A stretch of DNA of 64,000 bases, from assembly GCA_903859075.1 (NCBI GenBank), contig CAIOLF010000046.1, forward strand, positions 20,671 through 84,670, in the 5' to 3' direction. The stretch comes from Candidatus Buchananbacteria bacterium (GTDB lineage: Bacteria; Patescibacteriota; Patescibacteriia; 2-01-FULL-39-33). The notes under the pieces were generated by a model. The model was not told the origin of the DNA. It made no database searches and worked only from the letters and a program-made list of their open reading frames with translations. Below, one piece after another: positions 17,775-27,024 of this stretch (positions are counted from its first letter, which is position 1; each line of letters starts with the position of its first letter). Both the position numbers and the translations under genes were made by a program.

Positions 17775-17803
17775 TTGACATAGACTAAATATTATACTAT
17801 GAT
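17775..17803 (+). promoter_or_regulatory. near-consensus sigma-70 promoter TTGACA-17-TATGAT upstream of the S51 peptidase gene
   Basis: Hexamers read directly; the gene start at 17878 has AGGAGGGGG upstream. Confidence 0.5.
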
Positions 17804-17877
17804 AGCTTATCGAACATTTCGCCATACAAGCAACCGCAAATCCAACCGCAAATCGCCCAAACAGGAGGGGGCTGATA

Positions 17878-18651
17878 ATGAAGACTCACGGCAAGAGAAA
17901 TATAGTAGCTATTGGTGGCGGACAAGTATTCGTGCCCTGCAAGCCGCCGGAAACCTTGGCCATTGACGGGTACATCGTCCGCCTGGCCGAGGAGAATTTG
18001 TCGCTAAGCCGGCAACCAAGAAAGCCGCGCCTACTATTTGTCCCAACGGCCAGCGGAGACGACCTTTTGTACTGCAACACCATCTACAATTTGTACGAGT
18101 TGCGTCTCGGCTGCCAGTTCGACCACCTGCGCCTTCTGGCCGAACGCCTGACTGACCAGGAAATCCGCCAGAAAATAAGCTGGGCCGACATTATTTACGT
18201 CGGTGGCGGCAACACCTACCGGATGATGCGAGCCTGGCGACGCCGCGGCGTCGGCCAACTGCTCATCGCTGCCTATAACTCCGGCACGGTGATGTGCGGA
18301 CTTTCCGCCGGAGCGATCTGCTGGTTTGACTCCGGCGTCAGCGACTCGCGCAAGGAGTCCAATCCCACCGATTGGAAACCGATTCTGGTGAAGGGACTGG
18401 GGCTGATACCGGCCGTTTGCTGCCCGCATTATGATTCGGAAGGAGAATGGCGCAAGTCGGCTTGTGAAGATCTGCTGCGGCGCCACCCCTCTCTCCCGGG
18501 CATTGCCTTGGAAGATCTCTGCGCGCTGCAAGCCATCGATGGCAGTCAATACAAAGTGATCTCGCCCGCCGGCAAAAAATGTTACCATTTATCCTGGCAA
18601 GAGGGTCTCTTTGTTCCCCGCAGAATCGCCGAGGAGAAAATCAAATCATAG
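17878..18651 (+). CDS. peptidase S51 family protein (dipeptidase E / cyanophycinase-like)
   Basis: 257 aa; YVGGGNTYRM and GLSAGAI motifs typical of S51 serine peptidases. GC-rich. Confidence 0.7.
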   Translation: MKTHGKRNIVAIGGGQVFVPCKPPETLAIDGYIVRLAEENLSLSRQPRKPRLLFVPTASGDDLLYCNTIYNLYELRLGCQFDHLRLLAERLTDQEIRQKISWADIIYVGGGNTYRMMRAWRRRGVGQLLIAAYNSGTVMCGLSAGAICWFDSGVSDSRKESNPTDWKPILVKGLGLIPAVCCPHYDSEGEWRKSACEDLLRRHPSLPGIALEDLCALQAIDGSQYKVISPAGKKCYHLSWQEGLFVPRRIAEEKIKS

Positions 18652-18658
18652 TAGTATC

Positions 18659-18696
18659 CGCCGTTGCCGCCACTTAGGGCCGCAACGGTTTTTTTA
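18659..18696 (+). terminator. rho-independent terminator
   Basis: ccgttgccgcc-acttaggg-ccgcaacgg followed by a T7 run. Confidence 0.7.
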
Positions 18697-19005
18697 TTGA
18701 TTTTTAACAATATTAGGTATAGTATTTAAACATCATATGGAAAAATTTGATTCGCAAAAACATCTCCAGCTTGCCAGCCATTTGCCTTTTTCTTATTATT
18801 CCCTGCCTTTATACCTGGACTTCTCCGCTTACTTACTGCCCCGGAATAATGAACGAGTGATCGTAACGCAAGACCTTTATTACCCGCATGAATTCCCGGC
18901 TATTTTCTTGCCCCAAAATCCAGAGAATTGGGATAATTTTATTTTTCCTGGGTGGGCTTTGTGATATGCTCAGAACTTTAGAACTGTCTAAAATAGACAA
19001 GGAGC

Positions 19006-20385
19006 TTATTCTATCACTTTAATAATACTTTTGGCTTCAAAATATTCCAATGGCACGATTTTAACGTCGCTTAAGGCCTGCCTTTCCGGCGAATCTTGGG
19101 GTAAACTGTCAATTCTTGCCTCAAGCCATCGCTTTACTTTGTTGGTTTCATTTTTTGGCGCCCGAATCTCTTTTAGTTGTCCGTTTTCTATCGGCTGTTT
19201 TGTCCTTCTTTCCGAAACCAGCCCTGATGTCAGAGTATCCAAATCTTCCCCTGGCAGATCTTTACCTTCATAAATCAAAATCGTAGGAAAGGGGTCGGTC
19301 ATTTCCTGCCGCATTTCTGGCGTTTCATTCTCATAAGTTCTTATTCCATTTTCCAGTTTCGCGATCTCTTGCGACTTTTTGTCAATTTTCCATTGTTCGC
19401 CTCCCTGCTTTAATCTATCTCTCTCTTCATTCAGCGCAACTAACTTTTTTCTTGATTGTTCCGGGTCAAAATAATATTTTCGTTCCTGCAGTCCCTGCAT
19501 TTTTTCAGCCATTAATTCTTCGTCTGAAATTTCCTTGTCACCTTTCATTATTTTTATGGCGGATTCTACTTGGACTCGCTCCTTAGCGCCGAGCTTTGGC
19601 AATTCTGCAAAAACCGTTTTGACAATATCCTCTTCACAGCCGATTCCCATGATGTCTTTTTTATCCAAAGCCAATCTTGACTGCTGTTCATTTTTCCTCG
19701 CATAAAAATAGCTGACGGTTTCCGATTGATCATAGCCGCCGATTACAAAAGATGTCGTATCAATTTCCTCGCCGGTAGCCGCCTGTTCACCGGTGGCGAT
19801 ATTCTTCTTTGATTCCAATGCCCCGTGTTCCAAAATCTTGGCCAAGCCGTAAGAACCGGTGCTATGGTAAATGGGCATATCGGCCAGAGCTTCCTGGGGC
19901 CGGGAATAATGACCCAGCGCTTCTTCAAAAACCTTCGTCTTTGAGCCATCGCTATCCTTTTCCTTGATAAGCTTTCTGGCTTTGGCAATTACCTCTTCCG
20001 CATTCCCTCCCAGCTCAAGATTATTGAACAATGTCAATCTCTTTTTTTCTGCGGCCAATGAATCGAATCTCTCGTTTTCTTTCTGCGCCTGCTCAATAAC
20101 GCTATCTACTAGATTTGCATGGATCATTTCTGTGCTTTCATCGCCAAGCCTTTTACCAAGTCCGCTCTCCAGTTCTGCGAGTTTTGATTGATATTCCATT
20201 TCCCTTTTAACTTGTATCATATCCATTTCTTCCTGGGTGGCAGCTTTGTGATTATATTCAGCTAATTCTTTATTAATTTGTTCAACTCTACTATTCCTTT
20301 TTTCAGTTATAGTTTGCGGAGCCACCTCGGCTTTTGGCTGTTCAATTATTTCCTTTTTATTGGATTGTTGTTCGTGGTCATTCAT
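19006..20385 (-). CDS. hypothetical coiled-coil protein, Glu/Lys-rich
   Basis: 459-aa ORF, AT-rich. Heptad-like charged repeats. No catalytic motif recognised. Confidence 0.55.
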   Translation of the reverse strand: MNDHEQQSNKKEIIEQPKAEVAPQTITEKRNSRVEQINKELAEYNHKAATQEEMDMIQVKREMEYQSKLAELESGLGKRLGDESTEMIHANLVDSVIEQAQKENERFDSLAAEKKRLTLFNNLELGGNAEEVIAKARKLIKEKDSDGSKTKVFEEALGHYSRPQEALADMPIYHSTGSYGLAKILEHGALESKKNIATGEQAATGEEIDTTSFVIGGYDQSETVSYFYARKNEQQSRLALDKKDIMGIGCEEDIVKTVFAELPKLGAKERVQVESAIKIMKGDKEISDEELMAEKMQGLQERKYYFDPEQSRKKLVALNEERDRLKQGGEQWKIDKKSQEIAKLENGIRTYENETPEMRQEMTDPFPTILIYEGKDLPGEDLDTLTSGLVSERRTKQPIENGQLKEIRAPKNETNKVKRWLEARIDSLPQDSPERQALSDVKIVPLEYFEAKSIIKVIE

Positions 20386-20426
20386 ATATCTCTATTTTAC
20401 CATTATATTAATGAATCTCAAACCGC

Positions 20427-20461
20427 TAAAAACAAGACACCTCCCTAATGGAAGGTGTCTT
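20427..20461 (-). terminator. rho-independent terminator downstream of the TrmB gene
   Basis: Minus-strand reading aagacacct(t)cc-attaggg-aggtgtctt followed by GTTTTTAG. Confidence 0.6.
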
Positions 20462-20547
20462 AAATTTGGGTCGCAACCGTGATTTGCTCATACGGATACT
20501 AGCGGATCCAGAGGAGATTGGCTTAATTAAACAGAGATTAAAAAATA

Positions 20548-21348
20548 TTAAACAGTCTTCAGGAATGAATCCGTATACTTAGGTTGCGGTTTTACCGGTT
20601 TGGAAATTTTCCAAATCACCTCAAATTGCTGTTTCATTAAGTTAGTGAAGTCCCTGCTATGCACTACAAAGCCAAAACTTTCCGCCTCGGAAGAAATAAA
20701 AGCGATCTTATCGGAGTACAGCCAATAGCTCATATCCCAATTCATTGGGGACGGTGCGATTCTAAGCTCCCTTAAATGCCCCTTACCAACCCCCAAAAAA
20801 GGATATTCCTTAAGCTTAACCGCTTTATTCGCTGGCCAAATCCCCTTAATTGAGATTTTTTGCTTGATTCTTTTACGATTTAAATCTTCCAAATACTCTC
20901 TTCCCAAGATGTCAACCATATCACTAATCGGCCACATAGTATAGGTTTCTATATTATCATGCCAAAGCATATCTCGCAGTACCTGTCTGATGCCGTCTAT
21001 CCCTGAATAAAATTTAATCTTCGGCTCCAAGGCTGGGCTTGTTTTCAAATTAGACCGCCAATCCTTTATCTTCTTTTTTGCCTTGTTTAGATTATCAATT
21101 TTATCGTCTAATAATCTCTCAAATTCATTTGGCTCATCAATATTAAACATTTTTTTCCCATTTTGTTCCTTTTCGACGACTAAACTATTTTTAATGAGGA
21201 TGCCCAGATTGTCATAAATAGTCGCGCGTGGCAAACCTAAATTCTCCGCCAATTGCCGAGCGGACAAATACCCGGCTTCCGCCAATTTCAAATAGATTCT
21301 ACTGGCAATCTCCGGGATGCTGAGTTCTTTTAAAATCTTATCAATCAT
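20548..21348 (-). CDS. TrmB-family transcriptional regulator
   Basis: 266 aa; N-terminal wHTH LSIPEIASRIYLKLAEAGYLSARQLAENLGLPRATIYDNLGILIKNSLV plus a TrmB-type C-terminal domain. Divergent from the downstream operon. Confidence 0.75.
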   Translation of the reverse strand: MIDKILKELSIPEIASRIYLKLAEAGYLSARQLAENLGLPRATIYDNLGILIKNSLVVEKEQNGKKMFNIDEPNEFERLLDDKIDNLNKAKKKIKDWRSNLKTSPALEPKIKFYSGIDGIRQVLRDMLWHDNIETYTMWPISDMVDILGREYLEDLNRKRIKQKISIKGIWPANKAVKLKEYPFLGVGKGHLRELRIAPSPMNWDMSYWLYSDKIAFISSEAESFGFVVHSRDFTNLMKQQFEVIWKISKPVKPQPKYTDSFLKTV

Positions 21349-21473
21349 ATGACTATATTGATTGTCGCTTGCCGACGGCAGTTTGACACTATTTATTATA
21401 TAGGTTTAAATTAAATAAATCAAATTACGGTATCTGTGCCCGAATATCTTCTAAATTATTAACTAATTGCAAT

Positions 21474-22115
21474 ATGATCGAGAAAATAAAGCACTCAAAG
21501 AAAGTAATTAACGAAGCAATGAATCGGCATCCCAAAATCGCCTTAGCCTGTTCATTTGGCAAGGATAGTATGGTTTTATTGCATTTGGCGCTTCAGCTTA
21601 AGCCGGATATGCCTATTTTTACAATTATGACTCCATTCAAGCCCCGGGAAACCTTTGAGTTTAAGGATCTGGTAACTAAACTTTGGAATTTAAATATTAA
21701 AGAATACATCCAAAAAGATAATATTGGAGCTGAAAAAGAAAAATTATGGCTGAATAATCCAGAAAAATGTTGCGAGTATTTCAAGGTAGAACCAACAATC
21801 AAGGCAATTGACGGTCTGGATGCTTGGATTACCGGCCTGAGGAATACGGAGGGCGAAACTAGAAAAAATTTTAAGGAAGTTGAGCATAAAAAGATAATTA
21901 AAATTAATCCTATTCTTGATTGGACGGAGTTAGATATTTGGCGCTACATCGCTTTTAATCAAATCCCCGTGCATCCCTGGTATAAAAATGGGTACAGAAG
22001 TTTAGGCTGCGAGCCCTGCACTGCTATTATTGCCGATGATCAATCAGAAAGATCCGGCAGATGGCAAAGGACTAATAAATGCGGAGGAGAATGCGGAATA
22101 CATACAAAAATTTAA
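21474..22115 (+). CDS. APS/PAPS reductase family protein (CysH-like, with Fe-S cysteine pattern)
   Basis: 213 aa; SFGKDS PP-loop, CC..KVEP, SLGCEPCT, C-terminal ECGIH catalytic motif. Confidence 0.8.
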   Translation: MIEKIKHSKKVINEAMNRHPKIALACSFGKDSMVLLHLALQLKPDMPIFTIMTPFKPRETFEFKDLVTKLWNLNIKEYIQKDNIGAEKEKLWLNNPEKCCEYFKVEPTIKAIDGLDAWITGLRNTEGETRKNFKEVEHKKIIKINPILDWTELDIWRYIAFNQIPVHPWYKNGYRSLGCEPCTAIIADDQSERSGRWQRTNKCGGECGIHTKI

Positions 22116-23063
22116 TTGCCTGTCGGCACATCTTATATGAAGGACTTGCTTCATTATATTGGCAATACGCCATTAATAAAATTAACCGGGTTCACAACCC
22201 AAAACGATGCCACAATATATGTGAAATTAGAACACTTAAATCCTGCCGGTACGCATAAAGTACGAGCATATTTGAACATGATTGAAAAAATAGAACGGGA
22301 TAAAAAAATCACCAAGAATACGATTTTTGTAGAAGCATCAAGCGGTAATTCAGCAATTGCCGGGGCGTTTATTTGCGCCGTAAAAGGATATAAATTCAAA
22401 GCTTTTATCCCAGATTATGTTTCCAAAGAAAGAGGCAAGATAGTAAAAGCTTACGGAGCGGAGGTTGTGATAAGTAAAATGGAATCTCCATCGCGCCATA
22501 AAGAACAAGCTTTGGAATTCATAAAGCAAGATCCTCAAAATAGAATTTTTATTAATCAATATAATAATTCGGCCAATCCTGAAAGTTTTAAAATTTTAGG
22601 AAAGGAAATTTATAAAAATTGCAATGAAAAAAAAATTATTCCGGACTACTTTTTGTCTGGCGCCGGAACTTATGGACTAATCACGGGGGTGGCTATAAGC
22701 CTTAAAAAATACTATCCAAACATTCAAACTATTCTTATAGAATCACCAACTGCTCCCTATATCCATGCCAAAAGGAATAACTATACTTTTTTGTATCAAA
22801 TACCTGAACTAACCGGGATGGGAGGCGCGTCACTTCCCAAAATTGCCGATGAAAAATTATATGACATTGCGGATGTGGCCGATGAAAAAGATGCCGTAGC
22901 AATGACTAGAAAGTTGGCCAAAGTCGGTTTATTTGTAGGAAAAACATCGGGGGCTAACATCGATATGACTATTAAATATGCTAGAAAACTCGGAAAAGAA
23001 AAAATTATTATCACTAACACGTTTGATACCGGAGAAAGATATTTAAGCGAAAATTTATGGTGA
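22116..23063 (+). CDS. PLP-dependent fold-type II enzyme of the cysteine synthase (CysK/CysM/cysteate synthase) family
   Basis: GNTPLIKL, lysine in KLEHLNPAGTHKVRAY, SSGNSAIAGAF, glycine loop SGAGTYGLITG. The true start is probably ATG at 22137 (MKDLLHYIGNTPL). Confidence 0.75.
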   Translation: MPVGTSYMKDLLHYIGNTPLIKLTGFTTQNDATIYVKLEHLNPAGTHKVRAYLNMIEKIERDKKITKNTIFVEASSGNSAIAGAFICAVKGYKFKAFIPDYVSKERGKIVKAYGAEVVISKMESPSRHKEQALEFIKQDPQNRIFINQYNNSANPESFKILGKEIYKNCNEKKIIPDYFLSGAGTYGLITGVAISLKKYYPNIQTILIESPTAPYIHAKRNNYTFLYQIPELTGMGGASLPKIADEKLYDIADVADEKDAVAMTRKLAKVGLFVGKTSGANIDMTIKYARKLGKEKIIITNTFDTGERYLSENLW

Positions 23064-24145
23064 ATAAAATCCCAAAAATATTCCGAGGAACGCCGTTGCA
23101 TTTGTCAAAATCCGGCCGACTGAATGATTTCGCATATTTGATGATCAACTTGCCATTTTTGTGTAATTACAAATGCAAAAAATGTTTTAATTTGAAAAAT
23201 AATAACTTTTATATTCAAGATAATCCAATAACTACGGATAAAATATTCAAATTAATAAAAGAAGCGAGAGACATGAATGGGAAGGCGGTTATTTTGGCGG
23301 GAGAGGGGGAACCCAGTTTACATAAAAGTATTAAAAAAATTGTCAAAAAGATCGATTCTTCGGGCATGATGACTATTATTTATAGCAATGGAAGTACTCT
23401 AACGGAAGAACTGATTGGCTTTTATGCCGCACACAATGTTTCGTTGGTTATCAGCTTTGATTCATTCTTACCCGAACTCTACCTTAAGTTAACCGGCAAC
23501 AATGATAAAAACATTTTTTTGCAGGTTCTAAAAAATATCAAACAGGCAAGGAAAATTTACGGCAAACTTATTCGGCAGGAAAATGGCTGCCGAGTTGTTA
23601 GATTGGCCTTTAATGCCACTGTTAACGGCTTAAATAAAGAGGAAATGAAAAAAATTAAAGAATTCTGCGGCGATGACATATATTTCATTTGTAATCCATT
23701 GGCTAAATTAGGGAATGCCGTGGGTAATTGGGATGAATTATCATTGGGTAATGACAATTATAAAGAGATTGAGCAGATTATAAGGGAGCTATCAGAGAGT
23801 ACTGGTCCGCTTACCCTGGGCAGCAATGGCCTTTGCGGATACTCAAGTAATGGCATTGCCATTAGCCCCGCCGGAAATTATATGACTTGCGCCTACACTT
23901 CAGCGACGGACGGATTATTGGGAAACGTCTTTAATAAAACATTGTCAGAAAGCTATGCCTACAAGAAGAACCAGGAGCAAAAATTTTATAACACTTATGG
24001 TAATTGTCCGTGCTTGGTTAGATCGCCTAAATTTAAAACATATGTGGAAACATTAGAAAAACAAATTAAAATGAATAATATCTCAATTTATAAAAATTCT
24101 TTAGTTCAACTCCCTTCCTTGCCCAACAAAAAATACCCCAATTAA
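23057..24145 (+). CDS. radical SAM protein with C-terminal Cys-rich SPASM/twitch-like region
   Basis: 362 aa; CNYKCKKC (CX3CX2C), GEGEPSL, C-terminal ...GLCGY...MTCAYT...GNCPCLV. Overlaps the previous gene by 7 nt, so an operon. Confidence 0.75.
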   Translation: MVNKIPKIFRGTPLHLSKSGRLNDFAYLMINLPFLCNYKCKKCFNLKNNNFYIQDNPITTDKIFKLIKEARDMNGKAVILAGEGEPSLHKSIKKIVKKIDSSGMMTIIYSNGSTLTEELIGFYAAHNVSLVISFDSFLPELYLKLTGNNDKNIFLQVLKNIKQARKIYGKLIRQENGCRVVRLAFNATVNGLNKEEMKKIKEFCGDDIYFICNPLAKLGNAVGNWDELSLGNDNYKEIEQIIRELSESTGPLTLGSNGLCGYSSNGIAISPAGNYMTCAYTSATDGLLGNVFNKTLSESYAYKKNQEQKFYNTYGNCPCLVRSPKFKTYVETLEKQIKMNNISIYKNSLVQLPSLPNKKYPN

Positions 24146-24212
24146 GGGATATTTTTTGTTTTTGTACTCATTTATCCTAACAATTAATCTAGGTATAATA
24201 AGTACCAAAATG

Positions 24213-24287
24213 GGTGAGTGACCGGGGTTGAACCGGCAACCGCTCGGACCACAACCGAGTGCTCTAACCAATTGAGCTACACTCACC
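24213..24287 (-). tRNA. tRNA-His (anticodon GTG), with encoded G-1; CCA not encoded
   Basis: Sense sequence GGTGAGTGTAGCTCAATTGGTTAGAGCACTCGGTTGTGGTCCGAGCGGTTGCCGGTTCAACCCCGGTCACTCACC folded by hand: 8-bp acceptor including G-1:C73, anticodon loop TTGTGGT. Confidence 0.85.
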
Positions 24288-24291
24288 ATAA

Positions 24292-24363
24292 TGCTCCCAC
24301 CAGGACTCGAACCTGGATTTTAGGTTCCGGAAACCCATGTTCTATCCCTTGAACTATAGGAGC
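24292..24363 (-). tRNA. tRNA-Arg (anticodon CCG)
   Basis: Sense GCTCCTATAGTTCAAGGGATAGAACATGGGTTTCCGGAACCTAAAATCCAGGTTCGAGTCCTGGTGGGAGCA: cloverleaf folded by hand, T-loop TTCGAGT, anticodon loop TTCCGGA. Confidence 0.8.
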
Positions 24364-24407
24364 TGAATTGTTTTATCAAAATAGATTAGTTCAATTCCTA
24401 TCTTGAC

Positions 24408-24482
24408 TGGTGTCCCCGCTAGGAGTCGAACCTAGATCCAGAGCTTAGAAGGCTCTTGTTCTATCCGTTGAACTACGGGGAC
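24408..24482 (-). tRNA. tRNA-Arg (anticodon TCT), CCA encoded
   Basis: Sense GTCCCCGTAGTTCAACGGATAGAACAAGAGCCTTCTAAGCTCTGGATCTAGGTTCGACTCCTAGCGGGGACACCA; anticodon loop CTTCTAA. Confidence 0.85.
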
Positions 24483-24530
24483 AAAAAACTTTTAATACAA
24501 CTAAAATAATAACAAAAAAACCCGAAAAAG

Positions 24531-25820
24531 TCAAATACTTTGCCCCTTTTGCCCAGTATTTTTAATAAATGACAAATTCTTATAAATCCCGCCGAAGAGC
24601 TTGATAAAGATTATTAAAACCGCAAAACATAAAATTGCCCAGGCTAAATTAAGCGGAGCCAAAAAACTGTAAAAACTAATAAAGGCAATCAGCAGCCAAG
24701 CTATCTTCTTTTGCCATAAAAACATAAAGCTGAGCGGAATGATAAAGTGCCAAGGATAGGACAGGCACAACAGCAATAATGGCACCAGCAAAGAGGCCAG
24801 AGCGCCGGCTCCGATGTCAGAGATTTTCCCTTTCCAAAACAATCTATAGATAAACAAATACAGCGCTAAAAAAATGATCAAAGAAACCATGACTCCCTCG
24901 GCCGAGCTAAGCCAAGGGAAAAAATCATAAATCAGCAATTTGCCCCGGCCCATTCCTCCGCCGCTGCCGCCGATAAAAGCGGCCCTGATCATCGGCCAGA
25001 ATTTAAATCCTAAAATCAGCTTAAGCAATAAAAGAGAAACGCCACCGGTAATAACAAAATAAATAAATTTTCTGACAATATTCTTTTTGCCGCACCAAAA
25101 AGGCAGCAGGAACCAGCCGTAGATTTTTACCAGTCCCGCCAAAGCGCCGAGCCAAACGCCGAATAATTCTTTTTTCTGGACATACCAAGCAGAAAGCAAT
25201 AAAGCGGCAATAAATATATCCGCGTGCGGCGTCGCCAGATTATTAAAGAGCAGCACCGGACAAAGCAAAAACAGATAAGCCAGCTGTTTTTTACCCGTTA
25301 ATCTGTAAATCAAATAAGCCGACCAAAGGTAGCCAGCCAGATTGAATATTTTAAGTCCTGCCAATCCCAGCCATAATTTATCTAGGGATATAAAATTAAT
25401 CACCACCATCGCCAGCTGCCACAACGGCCCGTAGGGACTGTAAATTTTGGTCCACCAGATATGATAAAAATACGATGAATACTGATCGGCCGGCAGATTA
25501 ATTGGCAGTACCTCATAGGGTGAAGCGTGGTAAGAAGCGATCATCTTTCCGTCAAACAGATAGCGGAAAATATCATAGGAAGTTGTCGGCACGGAAAAAA
25601 TAGCCAAGGCCATAACCGCTAGCGGCAGCAACCATAGCCAACGGGAAATCTTCTGTCTTAGAAACAGAAAAAATAAAACCGCAAAAATAAAACCGCTAAT
25701 AATATACCAAATAGAAGTGAACTCATACGTCGGCTTCTGAACGTATGAATTGAAAAAAATAATGAAATTAACAACCAGATAAGCAAAGCAAAAAAATAAA
25801 CTGCTGATTTTTTTTATCAT
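24531..25820 (-). CDS. polytopic membrane protein, GT-C-type glycosyltransferase-like (DUF2029/GT87-like)
   Basis: 429 aa, more than 10 TM helices. A periplasmic-loop motif SYDIFRYLFDGKMIASYHASPY resembles mannosyltransferase-like GT-C proteins. Confidence 0.45.
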   Translation of the reverse strand: MIKKISSLFFCFAYLVVNFIIFFNSYVQKPTYEFTSIWYIISGFIFAVLFFLFLRQKISRWLWLLPLAVMALAIFSVPTTSYDIFRYLFDGKMIASYHASPYEVLPINLPADQYSSYFYHIWWTKIYSPYGPLWQLAMVVINFISLDKLWLGLAGLKIFNLAGYLWSAYLIYRLTGKKQLAYLFLLCPVLLFNNLATPHADIFIAALLLSAWYVQKKELFGVWLGALAGLVKIYGWFLLPFWCGKKNIVRKFIYFVITGGVSLLLLKLILGFKFWPMIRAAFIGGSGGGMGRGKLLIYDFFPWLSSAEGVMVSLIIFLALYLFIYRLFWKGKISDIGAGALASLLVPLLLLCLSYPWHFIIPLSFMFLWQKKIAWLLIAFISFYSFLAPLNLAWAILCFAVLIIFIKLFGGIYKNLSFIKNTGQKGQSI

Positions 25821-25977
25821 GAGGAAGATTAAGCCCCAAAATTCGGAGTTTTAGCCGCTTCCAGGGGCGTTTTATAGATGAATTTTACCCTTATTTTTAT
25901 TATTTTTCAAGCCGGCAACCCTTTGATTATCACCTAAATTATGCTAGAATAGACCTATTAAAACCTCACCCAATCTT

Positions 25978-27024
25978 ATGAAATCCAACCATAACCAAAA
26001 AGTGATTGAATCCCTGCTGGCCCTGCCTGATCAGCTCTCTTCTGCCTGGCAGGAAGGGCAATTTCTCAACGTCAAAAAACTTAGCGGCACAAAATTCAAA
26101 AACATCGTCTGCTGCGGCATGGGCGGCTCCAATCTGGCCATGGAGCTGGTGCGCTCGGTCTACGGCCACCAATTGAAGGTGCCGGTCGTTCTTGTGCGAA
26201 ATTACCATCTGCCTACATTTGCCGGCAAAGACAGTCTGATTATCATCTCCAGCTACTCCGGCACGACCGAGGAAACAATCTCCTGCCTGCGGGAAGCCCG
26301 CCCTAAGAAGCTTAAAATCTTCTGTCTTTCCACTGGCGGCGAAATAATCAGCCAAGCCAAGCGTTACAAATTGCCCTATTACTTGCTGGACCTAAAAAGC
26401 AACCCTTCCGGCCAGCCGCGCTATGGCATCAACTCGCAAATCGGCATTCTCATCGCTTTGCTAAGTAAGCTAAAAATTATCAGCGCTACCACTCGAGAAA
26501 TAGACGCTCTCTCCGCCAACCTAAAAAATCTCAACTTCTCTTATTGGAGCAAAAACGGCGAAGCCAACCCGGCCACTGATCTGGCAGCTCAGCTCGCCAA
26601 CAAGAGCATCATCATCGTCTCAGCTCAATTCCTGGCCGCCAACGGCCACATCCTGGCCAATCAGATAAATGAAAGCGCCAAACAATTGGCCCATCCCTAT
26701 CTTCTGCCGGAACTCAATCATCATCTGCTTGATGGCCTGGCCTTTCCCCGCTCTGTCTCCAAAGCGACAAAATTTGTTTTCCTTAATTCTTCCAACTACG
26801 AAAATAATATCCATAAACGAACAGCCATAACTCAAAAGATATTGAGCCGGCAAAAAATTTCCTTTGTTAATCACTTCTCTCCCGCCTCCAGCCGCTTGGC
26901 CGCTGCGCTAGAAATATTGCTCTTCGGCTCCTGGGTCAGCTATTATCTCAGCGAAATCAATGGCGTCGATCCGACCGATGTTCCTTGGGTGAAATTTCTC
27001 AAAGCGGAACTTAAAAAAAATTAA
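25978..27024 (+). CDS. SIS-domain bifunctional phosphoglucose/phosphomannose isomerase (archaeal-type PGI/PMI)
   Basis: 348 aa; IVCCGMGGSNLAMEL, LIIISSYSGTTEET, FCLSTGGE; two SIS halves. Confidence 0.7.
   Translation: MKSNHNQKVIESLLALPDQLSSAWQEGQFLNVKKLSGTKFKNIVCCGMGGSNLAMELVRSVYGHQLKVPVVLVRNYHLPTFAGKDSLIIISSYSGTTEETISCLREARPKKLKIFCLSTGGEIISQAKRYKLPYYLLDLKSNPSGQPRYGINSQIGILIALLSKLKIISATTREIDALSANLKNLNFSYWSKNGEANPATDLAAQLANKSIIIVSAQFLAANGHILANQINESAKQLAHPYLLPELNHHLLDGLAFPRSVSKATKFVFLNSSNYENNIHKRTAITQKILSRQKISFVNHFSPASSRLAAALEILLFGSWVSYYLSEINGVDPTDVPWVKFLKAELKKN

Noticed and set aside
18737-18964. 75-aa ORF in the AT-rich spacer between the S51 peptidase and the coiled-coil gene
   Set aside because: It has no RBS, unusual composition and no motif. 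The region more plausibly holds the promoter of the downstream minus-strand gene. It cannot be supported as a gene.
21371-21381. Small palindrome tgccgAcggca between the TrmB and APS-reductase-like genes as a TrmB operator
   Set aside because: It has only 5-bp arms. It is too short to distinguish from chance without comparative data.
20548-24482. Mobile element (integrase or transposase) associated with the tRNA-flanked AT-rich island
   Set aside because: No ORF in or near the island shows integrase (R..H..R..Y) or DDE transposase features. The island call rests only on composition and the tRNA context.
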